The notes beneath the pieces are model-generated. The model saw only the letters and a program-made list of their open reading frames with translations. It searched no databases and was not told the DNA's origin. The position numbers and the translations under genes are program-made. Below are positions 1 to 12,659 of a stretch of DNA of 64,000 bases, one piece after another (position 1 is the first letter of the stretch; the number at the start of each line of letters is the position of its first letter). This stretch comes from Lama guanicoe (Eukaryota). Location: contig MU053758.1 in the NCBI GenBank assembly GCA_013239625.1, positions 1,736,001-1,800,000 on the forward strand. Reading direction: 5' to 3'.

Positions 1-329
1 TGTTCCTCAGACAACTGTTCTTCACTCCTGTGTCATTTGACCTGGAGATGTTTTCCCACATCCATCATCTCCCTTCCTTCAGTCTCTTCCCTTTACAGCC
101 TAAAGTCTCTGCTTTATCAGATCATCTTAACTCTTTACCTCAGTCTTTTGTGGTTACATTTCCCTGGTGAAACCCTAACACTGGGCTTCTGATTCAAGAA
201 GGCTGTATATGTTTACCACTCCATCCTCAAAAATTCCTTTGAAATGACAAAGAAAAATGTACTAGAATTTTAAAGCAGATTAGATTGTACTAACAGTAAA
301 ACCCAACAGAGAAAGGAATCCAAGACCCT

Positions 330-2985
330 ACAGGGAGCCACTCAAAGTGTAAATTTTCCTGAAAGAACCCTAGATTTCCTGCTAACATCAAGAACAAAGC
401 AAGGATGTCACTCTCATCATCACAATTTAATATCGTACTGGAGGGTCTAGTCAGTGTGCTAAAGCAAGGGGGAAAAGGCATCTAGAATTGAAAGGAAGAA
501 GTACAATTGTCTTTATGTGAAGATGGTGTGAATTTCCATGTAGAAAATCTGATGGGCTCTAAAACATAGCTGTTAGATCTAAAAGATGAGTTTATCAAGA
601 CTGTAAGTTATAAGATCAATATACAAAGTCAATTCTATTTCTATAGACTAGCAATGAACAACTGGAAATTGAAATTTTAAAGAATAATACCATGTACAAT
701 AGGATCAAAAAAAGTGAACTACATAGGGATAAGCCTGGCAAAGACCTGTACACTGAAAATATATAAGACCTGTACACTGAAAACTACAAAACACTGCTTA
801 GAGAAATTAAGGAAGACTCAGTAATGCTGAGACATACCATGTTCATGGATCAGAAGACTTGATACAATTCTCCCCTAATTGATCTATAAATTCAACACAA
901 GCCCAAATTCCCATCAGACTTTTTTGTAGAAATTGAAAAGCTGATTCTAAAATTCTTATAGAAGTGAAAGGGACTTAGAATAGCCAAAACAACTTTGAAA
1001 AGGAATTGTGGGGGAAACGTTTGTGAGCCCTTACCTGACTGGCAGTAAGGAGACCACACACGCCTGGAGTTACTATAAAAGATGTGAACCAACAGGAGAT
1101 CTTCAGAGGTCTGGCAGCCTCCCTAAGAGAGTCCAGGAAACTAAAACTCCCTGAATGTGTGGACACCATCAAGCTGGCCAAGCATAAAGTGCTTGCTCAC
1201 TACAATGAGAGCTGGTTCTTACACAGAGTGGCTTCCACATTGCTGCACCTCTCTCTCTGCGGCTGTGCTAGGTTGCCTCCATGACCAAAGTCTATGGGGA
1301 CATCCTAGAAACCATATCATGCCCAGCCACTTCAGCAGGGATCCAAGAACATAGCCTGCCAGGTTCTCCAAGCCCTGGAAGGGCTGAAAATGGTGGACGA
1401 GAACCAAGAGCAGGGCCACAAGCTGATATTTCAGGGACAGAGAGAGCTGGACAGAAGCTCCAGACAGGTGGCAGCTGCCAACAAGAAACATTAGAACAAA
1501 AGCTGGGTTAATAAATTGCCTCACTCTTTAGAAAAAAAAAACAATTTGGAGGACGTACACTACCTAACTTCAAGATTATTAGAAAGCTACAACAATCAAG
1601 AGAGTGCATGTAGGCATCAAGATAGACAAATAGACCAAAGGAAGAGAAAAGAAAGTCTATAATTAGACCCATACATATATGGTCAATTGATTTTTAACAA
1701 AGATGCAAAGACAATCTAGGGGAGAAAAATACAGTCTTTTCAACAATGGTCCTGAAACAAATTGATATCCATATACAAAATGATAGACCTTACACCATAC
1801 ATAAAAATTAACTCAAAGTGGATCCTAGACCTAAAAATAAGCCTAAAAGTATAAAATTTCTTGAAGAAAACATAGGAGAAAATCTTTGCGACCTCGGGTT
1901 AGGCAAAGATTTCTTAGATAAAACATCATAAAATTAAAAAGTGAAAAATTGGACTTTATCGAAGTTAAGGATTTCTGCTATTTAAAAGATACTTTTAAAG
2001 GAATAAAAACAAAATAAGCCCCAGACTGGGAGAGAGTATTTGCGAAGCATCTATATGATAAAGGATTTTTATCCAGAATATATAAAGAATGCTCAAAACT
2101 TAATAAGAAAATAAACAACTTGGGCTTTTTAAAGGGCAAAAGATTTGAACAGACACTTCAACAAAGAAGATATACAGATGGCAAATAAGTATGTGGCAGG
2201 ATGCTCATTATCCATCATTAAGGAAATGCAAATAAAACCACAATGAGATATCAATATGAGAACAGCTTGAAATATTTTTATGACAATACTAGGTGTTGGT
2301 GAGAGTGTTAAGCAAATGGAACTTTCATACATGGAAATGTAAAATGATACAACCACTTTGGAAATCAGTTTGCCAGTGTTTTCAAATGTGAAACAGACAC
2401 CTACCCTTTCATGACCAGCAATTTAACTCACAAGTTACTTACCCAAGAGAAATGAAAGCATATAGCCAAACAAAAGCTTGTATGTAAACATTCATAGCTG
2501 CCTTATTTGTAATAGCCAAGAACTGGAAACCCAAATGTCCATGAACAAATGAATGACTAAACAAATTATAACACCCATACAATGGAATACAACTAAGCAA
2601 TAAAAAGCAATGAACTATTGATTCACACAACAACACAGATGAATCTCAAAATGATTATACTAAGTGAAAGAAGGTAGACAGCAAAGAATATACATGATAT
2701 GATTCCCTATATGTGTATATATAATATCTAAAAAATGCAAACTAATCTATAGTGACAGATAACACAGCAGTGGTTGCCTAGAGATGAGGGGAGAAGGTGG
2801 AGAAAGAGTGGGAGCAAGAAATTTAAAAAGGACACGAGGAATCTTTTAGGAGCAGTGGAGATGTTCATTATCTAGACGTAGTGATAATTTCACAGGTGTA
2901 CTCATGTGAAAACTTACCAAATAGTACAGCTTAAATATGTGTAGTTTATTGTATTATCAATTATTCATCAATAAACTATTAAAAG
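330..2985 (+). mobile_element. Old L1 (L1M-type) ORF2 3' part and 3'UTR, split by the RPS19 retrocopy
   Basis: Degenerate L1 ORF2 motifs (caaggatgtcactctca, gttcatggatcagaagac, ggttaggcaaagatttcttag, aaatgcaaataaaaccacaatgagata); no intact ORF. Confidence 0.9.
1028..1541 (+). pseudogene. RPS19: RPS19 processed pseudogene
   Basis: Pieces translate to [12 protein letters not shown]...DTIKLAKHK...MTKVYG...MPSHFSR...[10 protein letters not shown]...QVAAANKKH* (TAG 1492-1494). Start is ACG (1060-1062), with frameshifts, no introns, AATAAA 1510-1515 and poly(A) 1532-1541. Confidence 0.93.
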
Positions 2986-3039
2986 GTCAATTAAAAGAAG
3001 CAATAATCAAATAAAACAAAAGAGTTAATCTGAAAAAAG

Positions 3040-4700
3040 AGCAATGAGATATAGATATCAGAAAAGAGTAAAATCAACAGTACAAGCAGATTATATTATT
3101 ATCTACTTAGAAAAGTCAATGACTCAACTGAAGCCTTGTAGATCTTATCAGCAAGTTCAGTAAAATGACCGGTTAAAAGAAAAATGTAGAAAAATCAATA
3201 GCTTTCATTTTTACCAACAAAACCAATTTTCAAATGTTAGAAAAAATGACTTTATTCATAACAACAATTAAAGCTGTGAAATACAGAGGAATAAACTTTA
3301 TTGACGACATACAAGAAGACCCGAATAAGTGGAGAGACGGAAGCCACTTTCTCACAATGAACGAAGACTTTAGCAAAGCTGCCAATTCTCTCCAAAGTAC
3401 TCTATAAATCCAGTGCAACTTCAGTTTAAAATTCTAGTGGACTCCTTCGACTAAAACTAGAAGAGATAACTCTAAAATTCATCTGGAAGAGTACAGGAGT
3501 ACCAAGAGAAAAAAAAACTGTTTAAAAAATATGAGGATAATGGGCTGGGTGCAAACTGCTCGCGTCACCACTCATCCAAATGTACCATAAACAGTTGATA
3601 TTACAGTCTGAATAGGATTTGACTTCACACAAAGTAGGTACTTGACAAATATTTGTAGAGTGATCAAGTAAATAAATAGGCAAACAGATCAACAGAATAG
3701 ACCAGAAGCAGTCTGTGTACAGTGAATATTGTAATATAAAGGTTTATCATATATTTCCATTAAATATATCCTGATGTCCATGTCCATGAGCACCTCAAAG
3801 TAACATGCTCCAAATTGGCCTAAGCACCTTACTCCCTGCTCCAATTTCCCCTTCCCTATTCATACTCCTCTCCGACTTCACAGTTCCAGGCAATTACCCA
3901 GACAGGAAAAGTGCTCACCCTGGGTCCCTTTCTCCCCCTCACTCTCTCATTCAGTTTTACTTTCTGAGATATGTCTCAGTCTCTACCTCCCACTGCATGG
4001 GAATTTAGCACATGATAAAAACAGCATTTCAAAGTAAGGAAAGGAGACCATGCTGGAACAAGTGGCTATCTATCTATGGAAAAGAAATACTTCAGTGAAA
4101 TCCATATATAAAGATGAATTCCAGATGGATTAAATATCTAAGTATAAAGAGTTAAATTATAAAAGAAAGAATATAGAAGGATGTTTTTTATAATTTGGGG
4201 ATGGAAAGGACTTCTATGAGACATGAAATTCATAAACCATAAAGAAAAATAGCAACAGATTTGATTACAGTGTGAGGCACCACAAAGTTAAAAATTGAAT
4301 GCTAATTTGGGAATATTTGCAACATTTACGACATAGATAAGGTTAATTATACTACCCTTAATTTACAAGAAGCTCCTATAAATCAGTAAGAAAGTTACAA
4401 AATCCAATCAAAAAAGGGCAAAGTAATGAGATAATTTATAGAATAAATGCAAAAGGCTAATAAACATATGAAAAGTTGCTCACACTCACTAGGGTCAGGG
4501 AAATGCAAATTAAAACAATAATGAGATGTCATTTTTGTCCACTAAATTGGCAAAAAAAAATACAATTGATAATGTTCAGTGTTCATAAGTAAAGATAAAA
4601 AACACTTACACAATGTTGGTAAGACAAACTGGTACAACAGTTTTGGATGCAATTTATTAGTAATCAACAAAATGTTAAATAAACTCTTTGAGAAAACGAC
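3040..4700 (+). mobile_element. Further old L1 ORF2/3' fragments, interrupted by L2-like pieces
   Basis: L1-like motifs (aattccagatggattaaatatctaa, agggaaatgcaaattaaaacaataatgagat). Confidence 0.7.
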
Positions 4701-4719
4701 TCCACTTTTAATGGAAATC

Positions 4720-5250
4720 TGTTGTTTCAGCTTACCCGCATCCATTACCCTTTCTTCTAGCCACAGCCCTCCCCACATCTCATACTTTCTGAAGAACCAC
4801 TCCTCTCCTACTCTCTGGCACGTGATTTGGTGGGGCTGGCCCCACCTCCCAGTTCCAGGGTGATGCACATGACTTTGGCTTGACCCTCAGGCAAGCTGAT
4901 TGGTTTAAGGCCGAACATGTGATCTGAATGAAGGTCAAATTAGAGATCACCCTGTGATTTTTTTCCCAGTCTCACAGAAAGAAGAGGTGGTAGAGTGTGT
5001 CTGGAACTTCTATGGCCATCTTGACTTCACATGGAAGAGCTGACCTGAGAAGCCAAACAGAGGAAATCAAAGCCATGTACTGGTGAAAGAATCACGAAGA
5101 CAAAGTTTAGGCACCTGGACCCAATTGTGCCTGAAGTCAGCTGTCCCTAGGAATTTAGTTATGTGAGTCAGTAAGCCCTCCCACCCATCTTTTTTCACTG
5201 AAGCCAATTTGAATTACATTTCTGTCTCTTGCAAACCAAAACAATTCTAA
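4720..5250 (+). mobile_element. MaLR (MLT1-like) solo LTR
   Basis: MLT1-type 3' end (ttatgtgagtcagtaagcc...tctgtctcttgcaaaccaaaacaattctaata). Confidence 0.6.
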
Positions 5251-5286
5251 TATTGAATCTACTCTTAAAAATATTTACTCAACTGG

Positions 5287-6001
5287 TTTTTTTTTTTTCC
5301 TGCCTCAGGTTTATTTTTACAAACAGCACAGGTAGACATGAGCCCCATACAGACAGCAGCCCAGGGGTCACACTAGTCCTTATATCCTCACATCAATAGA
5401 TGAAAGCCTCTACTCTGGAGCCTTTGTAGGGGCCTGGGCACCTTTGGGAGCCTGAGCCTGAGCTGGAGCTGCAGCTGCAGCTGAAGCTGCGGCCTTGGTC
5501 TGAGCCTTGTCCTTGGCCTTTGGCCGACAGAACCTGAGACCCTTGGCGATGCAGGCACGAGCACGTTTCGCGAGCTTGGGGTGAGCAATATAGGCAAGTC
5601 GACTGAGACTTGCGGCTGCTGCCCTTTGGAATCTTGGGCTTCACCTCCTTGGGCTTTCCGAGAGCCTTGCTAGCCTCAGCACGTGCACTCGTGGCCTTGG
5701 CGCTGTTGGTCTGCATCTCCTTCAGGCCCTTCTTGTTGTGCTTCTTGGCAAAGCGCATGTTCCTCAGGACCTTGGGGTCCACTCCCTTAAGAGATTCGTA
5801 CTGTTGTGATCAGAGTTTTTTGATGGCGTTTCTGTGCCATTTTCGGGACTGGTTGTATGTGGTGTGGTTCTTCAACTTGGCCATGCCTGCACCTGGAGGA
5901 CAAGACCATAGATCAGGGCTGGAGGCTCGCCGTGCTGGGCCTACCGCAGCCACCCTGGCGGAGCTGGGAGATCCCGAATCACCTGGGACCGGAAGAGAAA
6001 G
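5287..6001 (-). pseudogene. RPL29: RPL29 processed pseudogene
   Basis: Minus-strand ATG at 5884: [24 protein letters not shown] (premature TGA 5810-5812), then [20 protein letters not shown]...[12 protein letters not shown], a frameshift, and the Ala-rich tail to TAG 5410-5412. TOP-like 5' end ctttctcttccgg, AATAAA 5310-5315, poly(A) 5287-5298, TSD tactcaactg at 5276-5285 and 6003-6012. Confidence 0.95.
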
Positions 6002-6889
6002 ATACTCAACTGTTATTGAAGAAGGAAAAGTTTCACAGAACTATGCATAAATGTTACAATATTTTTAATTTTAAAATACGTTTGTGCATATAAAAAAGTC
6101 TGGAAGGACACACACACACACACACGCACATGATTTGTAATTCCCAAGAAAGTGGCAATAAGAGCAGAGGGAATCCATTTTTAACCCTTAAGCACCTATT
6201 CTGACCAATCATTGTTCTAGGCTGGGGGCATAGCATTAAACAAAACAAACGAAGTCCCTGCTTTAATGCTTTAATGATGGAGGCATCATTTTTTTTTTTA
6301 AAGAAAGTCTATTAAATGAATGAATCCAATTCTCTGCTTTCACTATGCCTGTATCCGAACAGATGAGTATCACTAGATAAAAACACACAGCTGAAAAGAC
6401 AAGGGCCAAAGAAAATGGTGGTTCTCGATGTTATATGGAGCCTGAACACAGCTTAAAATCTTCCTATGTTTTGGTGGTTAACTGCCTCTCCTGATCTCTA
6501 AAAAAAGTTCAAAATCTCCCATTCCTCTTCCTTAAACTCTTAAAAGAGTGATTGCAGTTGTGATTAGGACAGTTCATCAGTATTCTGAGTCTCTTCCTTC
6601 CTGGCACATGGTAAGATTCTACTTTCCTGCTCTTTGACGTTAGACATGGCCATGTGACTTGCTTTGGCCAATGAAAGGTGGATGGAAGTCATGTGCATTA
6701 CTTCTAGGTGAATGCTTTTAAGAATTGGTGCACAATTTTCCATGTTCCAGCCCCCCTGCCAGAGCAACCATCAATAAGCTAGCTGGTGGAGGCTCCATCA
6801 AACCTGGGTTGATGTGAGGATGATGTGAAACAGAGCCTCATGTCAACCCATCATGGCCATGTAGCCCAAGCTAGACACAAGCCACAATA

Positions 6890-7340
6890 CTGTGGTAGTT
6901 CGGGTTCTCTAAAAAGCAGTTCTAGATAGGGTTAGATGTGCAAGAGATTTATTGGAAGAAATGCCTGTGAAGGATAAAGGGGCCAGAGTAGGCATGGAGA
7001 GCCATCAGAGCACAATGCAGTCTGATACCTTGAGAAGAGAGAAGGAATGACAAAGACTGGGCAGGGAAATTCACAGACTGTAGAGCAGTTCTAAGAAGCT
7101 TTCAGAAGGGCTGATGGAACTAGTCCCGAGCTAAATTTACCCATTAGAAGAGTCCCAAGTCGCACAGCAATGGGCCAGCTCTAGCACCCCAATGGCTGAG
7201 TAGCAGAGGGGAAACATGTCCTTGAAACAAATGCAGTGAAGGATTCATAAGGGCAGCAGCTGGGGCTGTCTGTCAACTATGCTCCACGTGGCAGTTTTCC
7301 TTGAAGGAAATCTGAGCAGCACATTTCAGTGACCCCCAGA
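6890..7340 (-). mobile_element. ERVL LTR16-like solo LTR
   Basis: gatgtgcaagagatttattgg...aatgcctgtgaaggataaagggg mirrors the + strand copy at 17.25-17.73 kb. Confidence 0.55.
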
Positions 7341-7351
7341 GCTCTTTAACC

Positions 7352-7606
7352 CAGGGGTCAGCAACTACAGTCCAAAGTCTGGTTCCAACCTGCTACCTAT
7401 TTTTATAAATATAGGTTTGTTGGAACATTAGCCACACCTTTTTTTTTTTTTTACATGTTGTCTATGGCTACTTTTGTACGACAATGGCTGAGTTGAGTAG
7501 TTGTGACAGAAACTGTAGTCTTTGCAGCCTGCAATAGTAGATGCAGCTTGCAAATCCTAAAGTATTTATTAGCTGACCCTCTGCAGGAAAAATTTACCAA
7601 TTCCTG
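7352..7606 (+). mobile_element. MER58-like hAT DNA transposon
   Basis: Starts caggggtcagcaa, ends tttaccaattcctg; 8-bp TSD ctttaacc at 7344-7351 and 7607-7614. Confidence 0.85.
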
Positions 7607-8714
7607 CTTTAACCCACTTCAGTCTGAGGATGGTTTATTGCCATAGCAAAACCTAGCCTCATCTGACTGTATATTGATCTAAAGTATATTCTTTCCTCAC
7701 CTCCCACTTTACAACCTACTCCAACCTAGTTCTACAATTCCCATCCCCCTCAACTCTAATCAAATTGCTCTTTTTAGAGTGATGGCTTACCTGTTTTAGT
7801 TCTTATCTGATTTGACCTCTCAGCAGCATACATCACTTACCCATTTCCCCCTTCTTAAAACATGCTCTCCTCCCAGCCTCTGGGACACTGTACCTTCTCA
7901 ATTTTCCTCTTATCTCTTTGACCACGTTTTTCAGTCTCCTTGGCTCAACCCAACCATTTTTTTTAACCATTTAAAAATACTGACGTATAGTTAATTTACA
8001 ATGTTGTGTTAGTTTCAGGTGTACTTTTCCAGATTCTTCTCCTTTACAGGTTATTACAAGATATTGAATATAGGTCCCTGTGCTATGTAGTAGGGTCTTG
8101 TTGTTTATCTATTTTATATACAGTAGTATGTGTGCATTAATCCTAAACTCCTAATTTATCCCTCCCTGCCCTCAACCCAACTATTAAATGTTCCTCAGGT
8201 TTTCGTTCTAGGCCTGCTTCTATCCTCACTCTCCAACATTCTTATGGCTTTAATTACCACTCATATTCTAGCAATTCCCAATTTAATATCTCCAGCTCAG
8301 ATATAAGCTCCTGTCCTATATATTCAGTGGCACATGCAGGCCTCTCTCCACTAGGCTATCAACTGTTCCAAAACTGATCTCATTATCTTTTCCCTTAATC
8401 CTGTTTATCCTCCTGAATTTTTAAACTAAATGGTAGTTTTATCCACCAAGTTGTTTATACCAGAAATCTGAATCTTCTTTGATTGTTTATTCTCTTTCAC
8501 CCCACACTCTAGATCCAATCACGAAGTGCTGGTTTTCCTACCTCCAAAAAATAATTTGTCCATGTTTCTTTACCCTCATTACCATGAACTTAATCCAAGC
8601 TGCCCTTTTTATTCACCTAGACAACTGCTACAATTTCTTAACTGATGTCCCTATTTTTGTTCAAGTGTTCCTCCTATCAAATCCTCACACTGTAATCAGA
8701 GACTTTTGCCAGTG

Positions 8715-11700
8715 GGAATATAGGAACAAATAAGAAATAAATAGAATATGGTAGACTTAAACCCAATTACATTACTATTTATGTAAAATGTTAAGTGGGC
8801 CAAATGCTCCAATTAAAAGAGATAGATGTCAAACTATAATAAATGATCCAATTATATGCTATTTACAAGAGACATATCTTAAATATAAGAAAACAGAAAG
8901 GTTAAAATTAAAGGAGGAAAAAAGATACAATGCAAGCACTAGCCAAAACAAAGTTGGTGTAGCTAAATTACTATCAGACAAAGTAAACTTTATGGAAAGA
9001 AGTACTATGTAAAACAAAGAAGAGCACTTCATGAAGATAAAATGGTCAATCCAACAGGAAGACATAATAGTCCTAAATTTATATGCACCTAACAATGTAA
9101 CGTCAAAATATATAAAGCAAAAACTGACAGAATTAAAGGAGAAATAGACAAACCTTCAATCATAATTTACATTTTTAACATATCTCTCAGTAACTGACAG
9201 AATAAGTGGACTTTAAATATCAGTAGAGAAATGGATGATTTGAACAACATAATTAACAAATTTCCCTAACTGACATTTATAGAATACTATAAAAAACCAG
9301 GGGGAAACTAACAACTACAGAAGGCACATTCTTCTCAAATATCAATTTTCACACTTAACAAAAGTGACCATATGCTGGGCCATAAAGCAAGTCTTAACAA
9401 ATTTCGTTATTAAAATCATGCATAGTGTATTATTTGGACTCAGTGAAATTGAAATTAGTAACTAAAAGATAGCTAGAAATCCCCCTCCTCCAAAGTTCAG
9501 AAACTAATAAGCCTCTAAATAACCAGTGGAGCCAAAGAAGAAACCACAGTGGAAATTACAAAATATTTTGAACTGAATGATAATGAGATACAAATAAAAC
9601 CATACTTAAAGAGAAATATACAGGGGGGAGGGTATAGCTTAAGTGGTAGAACACATGCTTAATATACACAAAGTCCTGGGTTCAATCCCCAGTACCTTTT
9701 CCAAAAATTAGTAAACCTAACTACCTCCCCCACCAAAAAATAAAATTAAATAAAAAATAAAACAACTTTTAAAGAGAAATGTACAGACAAATTTATATAT
9801 TAGAAAAAAAAGATAAAAATCAGTGACTTAAGTACCCATTTAAAGAATCTTTAAAAAGAACAACATTAATAACCCTACCAAAAAAAGTAGAAGGAAAAAA
9901 CATTAAAGACAAGAATAGAAATCAACAACGTAGAAAAAAATGCAATAAAGAAAGTCAACAAAGTCAAAAGTTCGTTATTTGGAAAGACCAATAAAATTGA
10001 TAAAAACATAGCAAGAAAAATAATGGGGGGCACAAATAATTAATATTAGGAGTAGAAATGAAAACATTACTACAGACCCTACAGATGTTAAAAAAAAAAT
10101 AAGAAGAATACTACAAACAACTTCCTGTCAGTATTTGAAAATTTTGGTAACATGGGAAAATTCCTCTAAAAAACCACAACTTACCAAAAATATCACAGGA
10201 ATCTCCAAAAATAGCACAAGAATATTCTGAATTTTGAGGTCACAATAGGCTTATATTTGTTAAAGAAACTGAATCCTTAATTTAAAATCTTCCTACAGAG
10301 AAAACTCCAGGCCCAGATGGCTTCCCTGGAGAATTCTTCCAAACATTTAAGGAAGAAATAATACCACGTTACACAAACTCAGACAATAGAGAAAAAAGGA
10401 ACATTTTCCATCTTATTTTATGACATTTAAATAACTTTGACACCAAAACCTGACAAGGATATTATAAGACAAGCAACTTATGGTCAATATCTCTCATAAA
10501 CAGAGACAGAAAAATCCTACACAAAAAAACCCCAAATCAAACTCATATATATTTTTAAGGTAATTTATAATAATGACCAAATGCAATTTTGTCCAGCAAT
10601 GAAGTTTGGTTTAATATTCCAAAATCAACCTATACAACTAATCAGATAACAAAATAAAGTAGAAAAACTACCTGATCATTTTAATAGATACAGAAAAAGC
10701 ATTTGACAAAATTTAATACCCATTCACGATCTTTAAGACTCTCAGATAAATAAAACAAAAGGGAATTTCCATACACCAGAAATTGACACAACATGACAGA
10801 CTATACTTCAATTTTTTAAAAAAGGGGGAATTTCCTCAATTTGATAACTGCTGTTTCAGAAAAAAACTCTGCAGTTGGCATCATATTTAATGGTACAGTT
10901 TTGAATACTTTTTTCTACTGTTGGGAACAAATAAGTTTATCTACTCTCATTTCTTCTATTTCAACATTATCCTAGCTACCTCAATAAAGAAAGAAAACAG
11001 CTTGAAGGAATAATGATTAGAAAGGAAGAAGAAAATCTGGACTTGTATACAACCTGGTTGTGTACATATAAAATCATAAGGAATCTACGAAAACTATTAG
11101 AGCTGATGAATGAACTTAACAACACTGTCAACATACAAAGATCAACTGTCTTTCTACATGATTGACCACAAACAAATGGAAAATTAAAATTTAAAAATAC
11201 TATTGACAATATCAAAAAACATAAAATATCAATGAATAAATTTCATGGAAACTGTGGGAGAACTCTACATCAAAAATACAAATCATTGCTTAAAGAAATA
11301 AAAAACAACTTAAATAGAAAGACACTTCATGTTCATAGGTTGGAAAATGCAACATTGTTAAGATGTCATGATTCATACATTAATCTACAGATTCAATGCC
11401 ATCACAATCAAAATCCTGGCAGGTTTTTAAAAAATAGAAATTGACAAGATAATTCTATCATTTATATGGAAATGCAAAGGGCCTAAAATAGTCAAAACTT
11501 GAAAATAATATGTCATAGACCTACATGTAAAAAGCTAATACAATAAAGCTTCCAGAAGAAAACATGGGAGAACATCTCTGCAGCCTTCGGGTAGGCAAAA
11601 TTTTCTGAAGACAAAAAGGTTCTAACCATAAAAGAAAAAAAATGATAAAATGGACTTCATTAAAATTTTAAAATTCTGCTCATCAAATTATATCCTTATA

Positions 11701-12590
11701 AAATGAAAAAGTAAGCCACTGAGTAAAAGAAAATAATCATTATATATATATATATGATATAGGATTTATATATAGAAAAAGTAAATAAGTTCCATAACTC
11801 AGTAATAGAAACCCAAGCAATCCAAAGTTTTAAATAAGCAAAAGACTTGAAGAGACACTTCACAAAAAACATTGGAATGGCTAATAAGTTGAAAAGATGT
11901 TCAACATCCTTAGTCACCAGTGAAATTCAAACTAAAAGCACAATAGGATGTACATCAAAGTAACTATAATTAAAGTCTCAAAATACTACATATTGAGAAG
12001 ATACAATCATGTAAGATAGTACAACCATTTTGGAAAACGGTTTGGCAAATAAACATACATCTGCTCTATATCCCAGCACTCCTAGGTCTTATCTAAGAGG
12101 AAAGAAAACATGCCCATACAAAGACTTGCACAAGAATGTCCATAGCACCTGTATTCATAGCCCCAAACTGGAAACAACCCAAAGGTTCACTGACAGATAA
12201 GTGAATAAAGAAATTGTGATCAAATAGATGGAAATACAGAATATGATGGAAAACTACTCACCAGTGAAAAGGAACTAATTATTGATGCATGCAAGAGTAC
12301 GATAAATCTCAAAATATTATGATTAGTATAATAGCCAGACACAAGAGTACATACTGAATGATTCCATTTATATGAAGTTCTAGAACAAATTTTAATCTAT
12401 GGGGAGAGAAATAAGAACAGTGGTTGCCTCTGGAGATTAACTGGAAAGGGGCATGAGGGCACTTACTGGGGTGATGGAAGTGTTCTATATTTTAATTGGG
12501 GATAGTGGTTATATGGGAACATACTTTTGTCAAAACTGAATACCTGCAGATCTGTACATTTTATTGTAAATTGGACCTCAATAAAAACTT
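8715..12590 (+). mobile_element. Degenerate L1 from ORF2 endonuclease through RT to 3'UTR
   Basis: ORF 8788-9012 (LSGPNAPIKR...ICYLQETYL...VGVAKLLSDKVNF) matches the L1 EN N-terminus; RT motifs (ccaggcccagatggcttc, gatacagaaaaagcatttgacaaa). Confidence 0.9.
9624..9768 (+). mobile_element. tRNA-derived SINE (camelid Vic-like)
   Basis: ggggagggtatagcttaagtggtagaac...gggttcaatccccagtacc, A-rich tail, TSD ttaaagagaaat(a/g)tacag. Confidence 0.85.
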
Positions 12591-12659
12591 TAATCAAATA
12601 TGAGTAGCCTATCAACTATGTATAAACTGGATGTTTCAAGGAATTTAAAATAATTGTTT

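Larger units (their letters stand above)
6560..7672 (+). mobile_element. MLT1-like LTR carrying nested insertions
   Basis: MLT1-like body 6560-6885 resumes after 7615 (ggtttattgccatagcaaaacctagcctcatctgactgtata). Confidence 0.55.

Noticed and set aside
741..783. Direct repeat aagacctgtacactgaaaa x2
   Set aside because: Local tandem duplication inside L1; only two units, not a CRISPR-like array.
5393..5782. 129-aa RPL29-like ORF as a functional gene
   Set aside because: Upstream nonsense codon, frameshift, poly(A) tail and TSD mark a dead retrocopy.
9624..9700. tRNA-like heads here and at the other SINE copies as tRNA genes
   Set aside because: They continue into SINE body and A-rich tail, often with TSDs.
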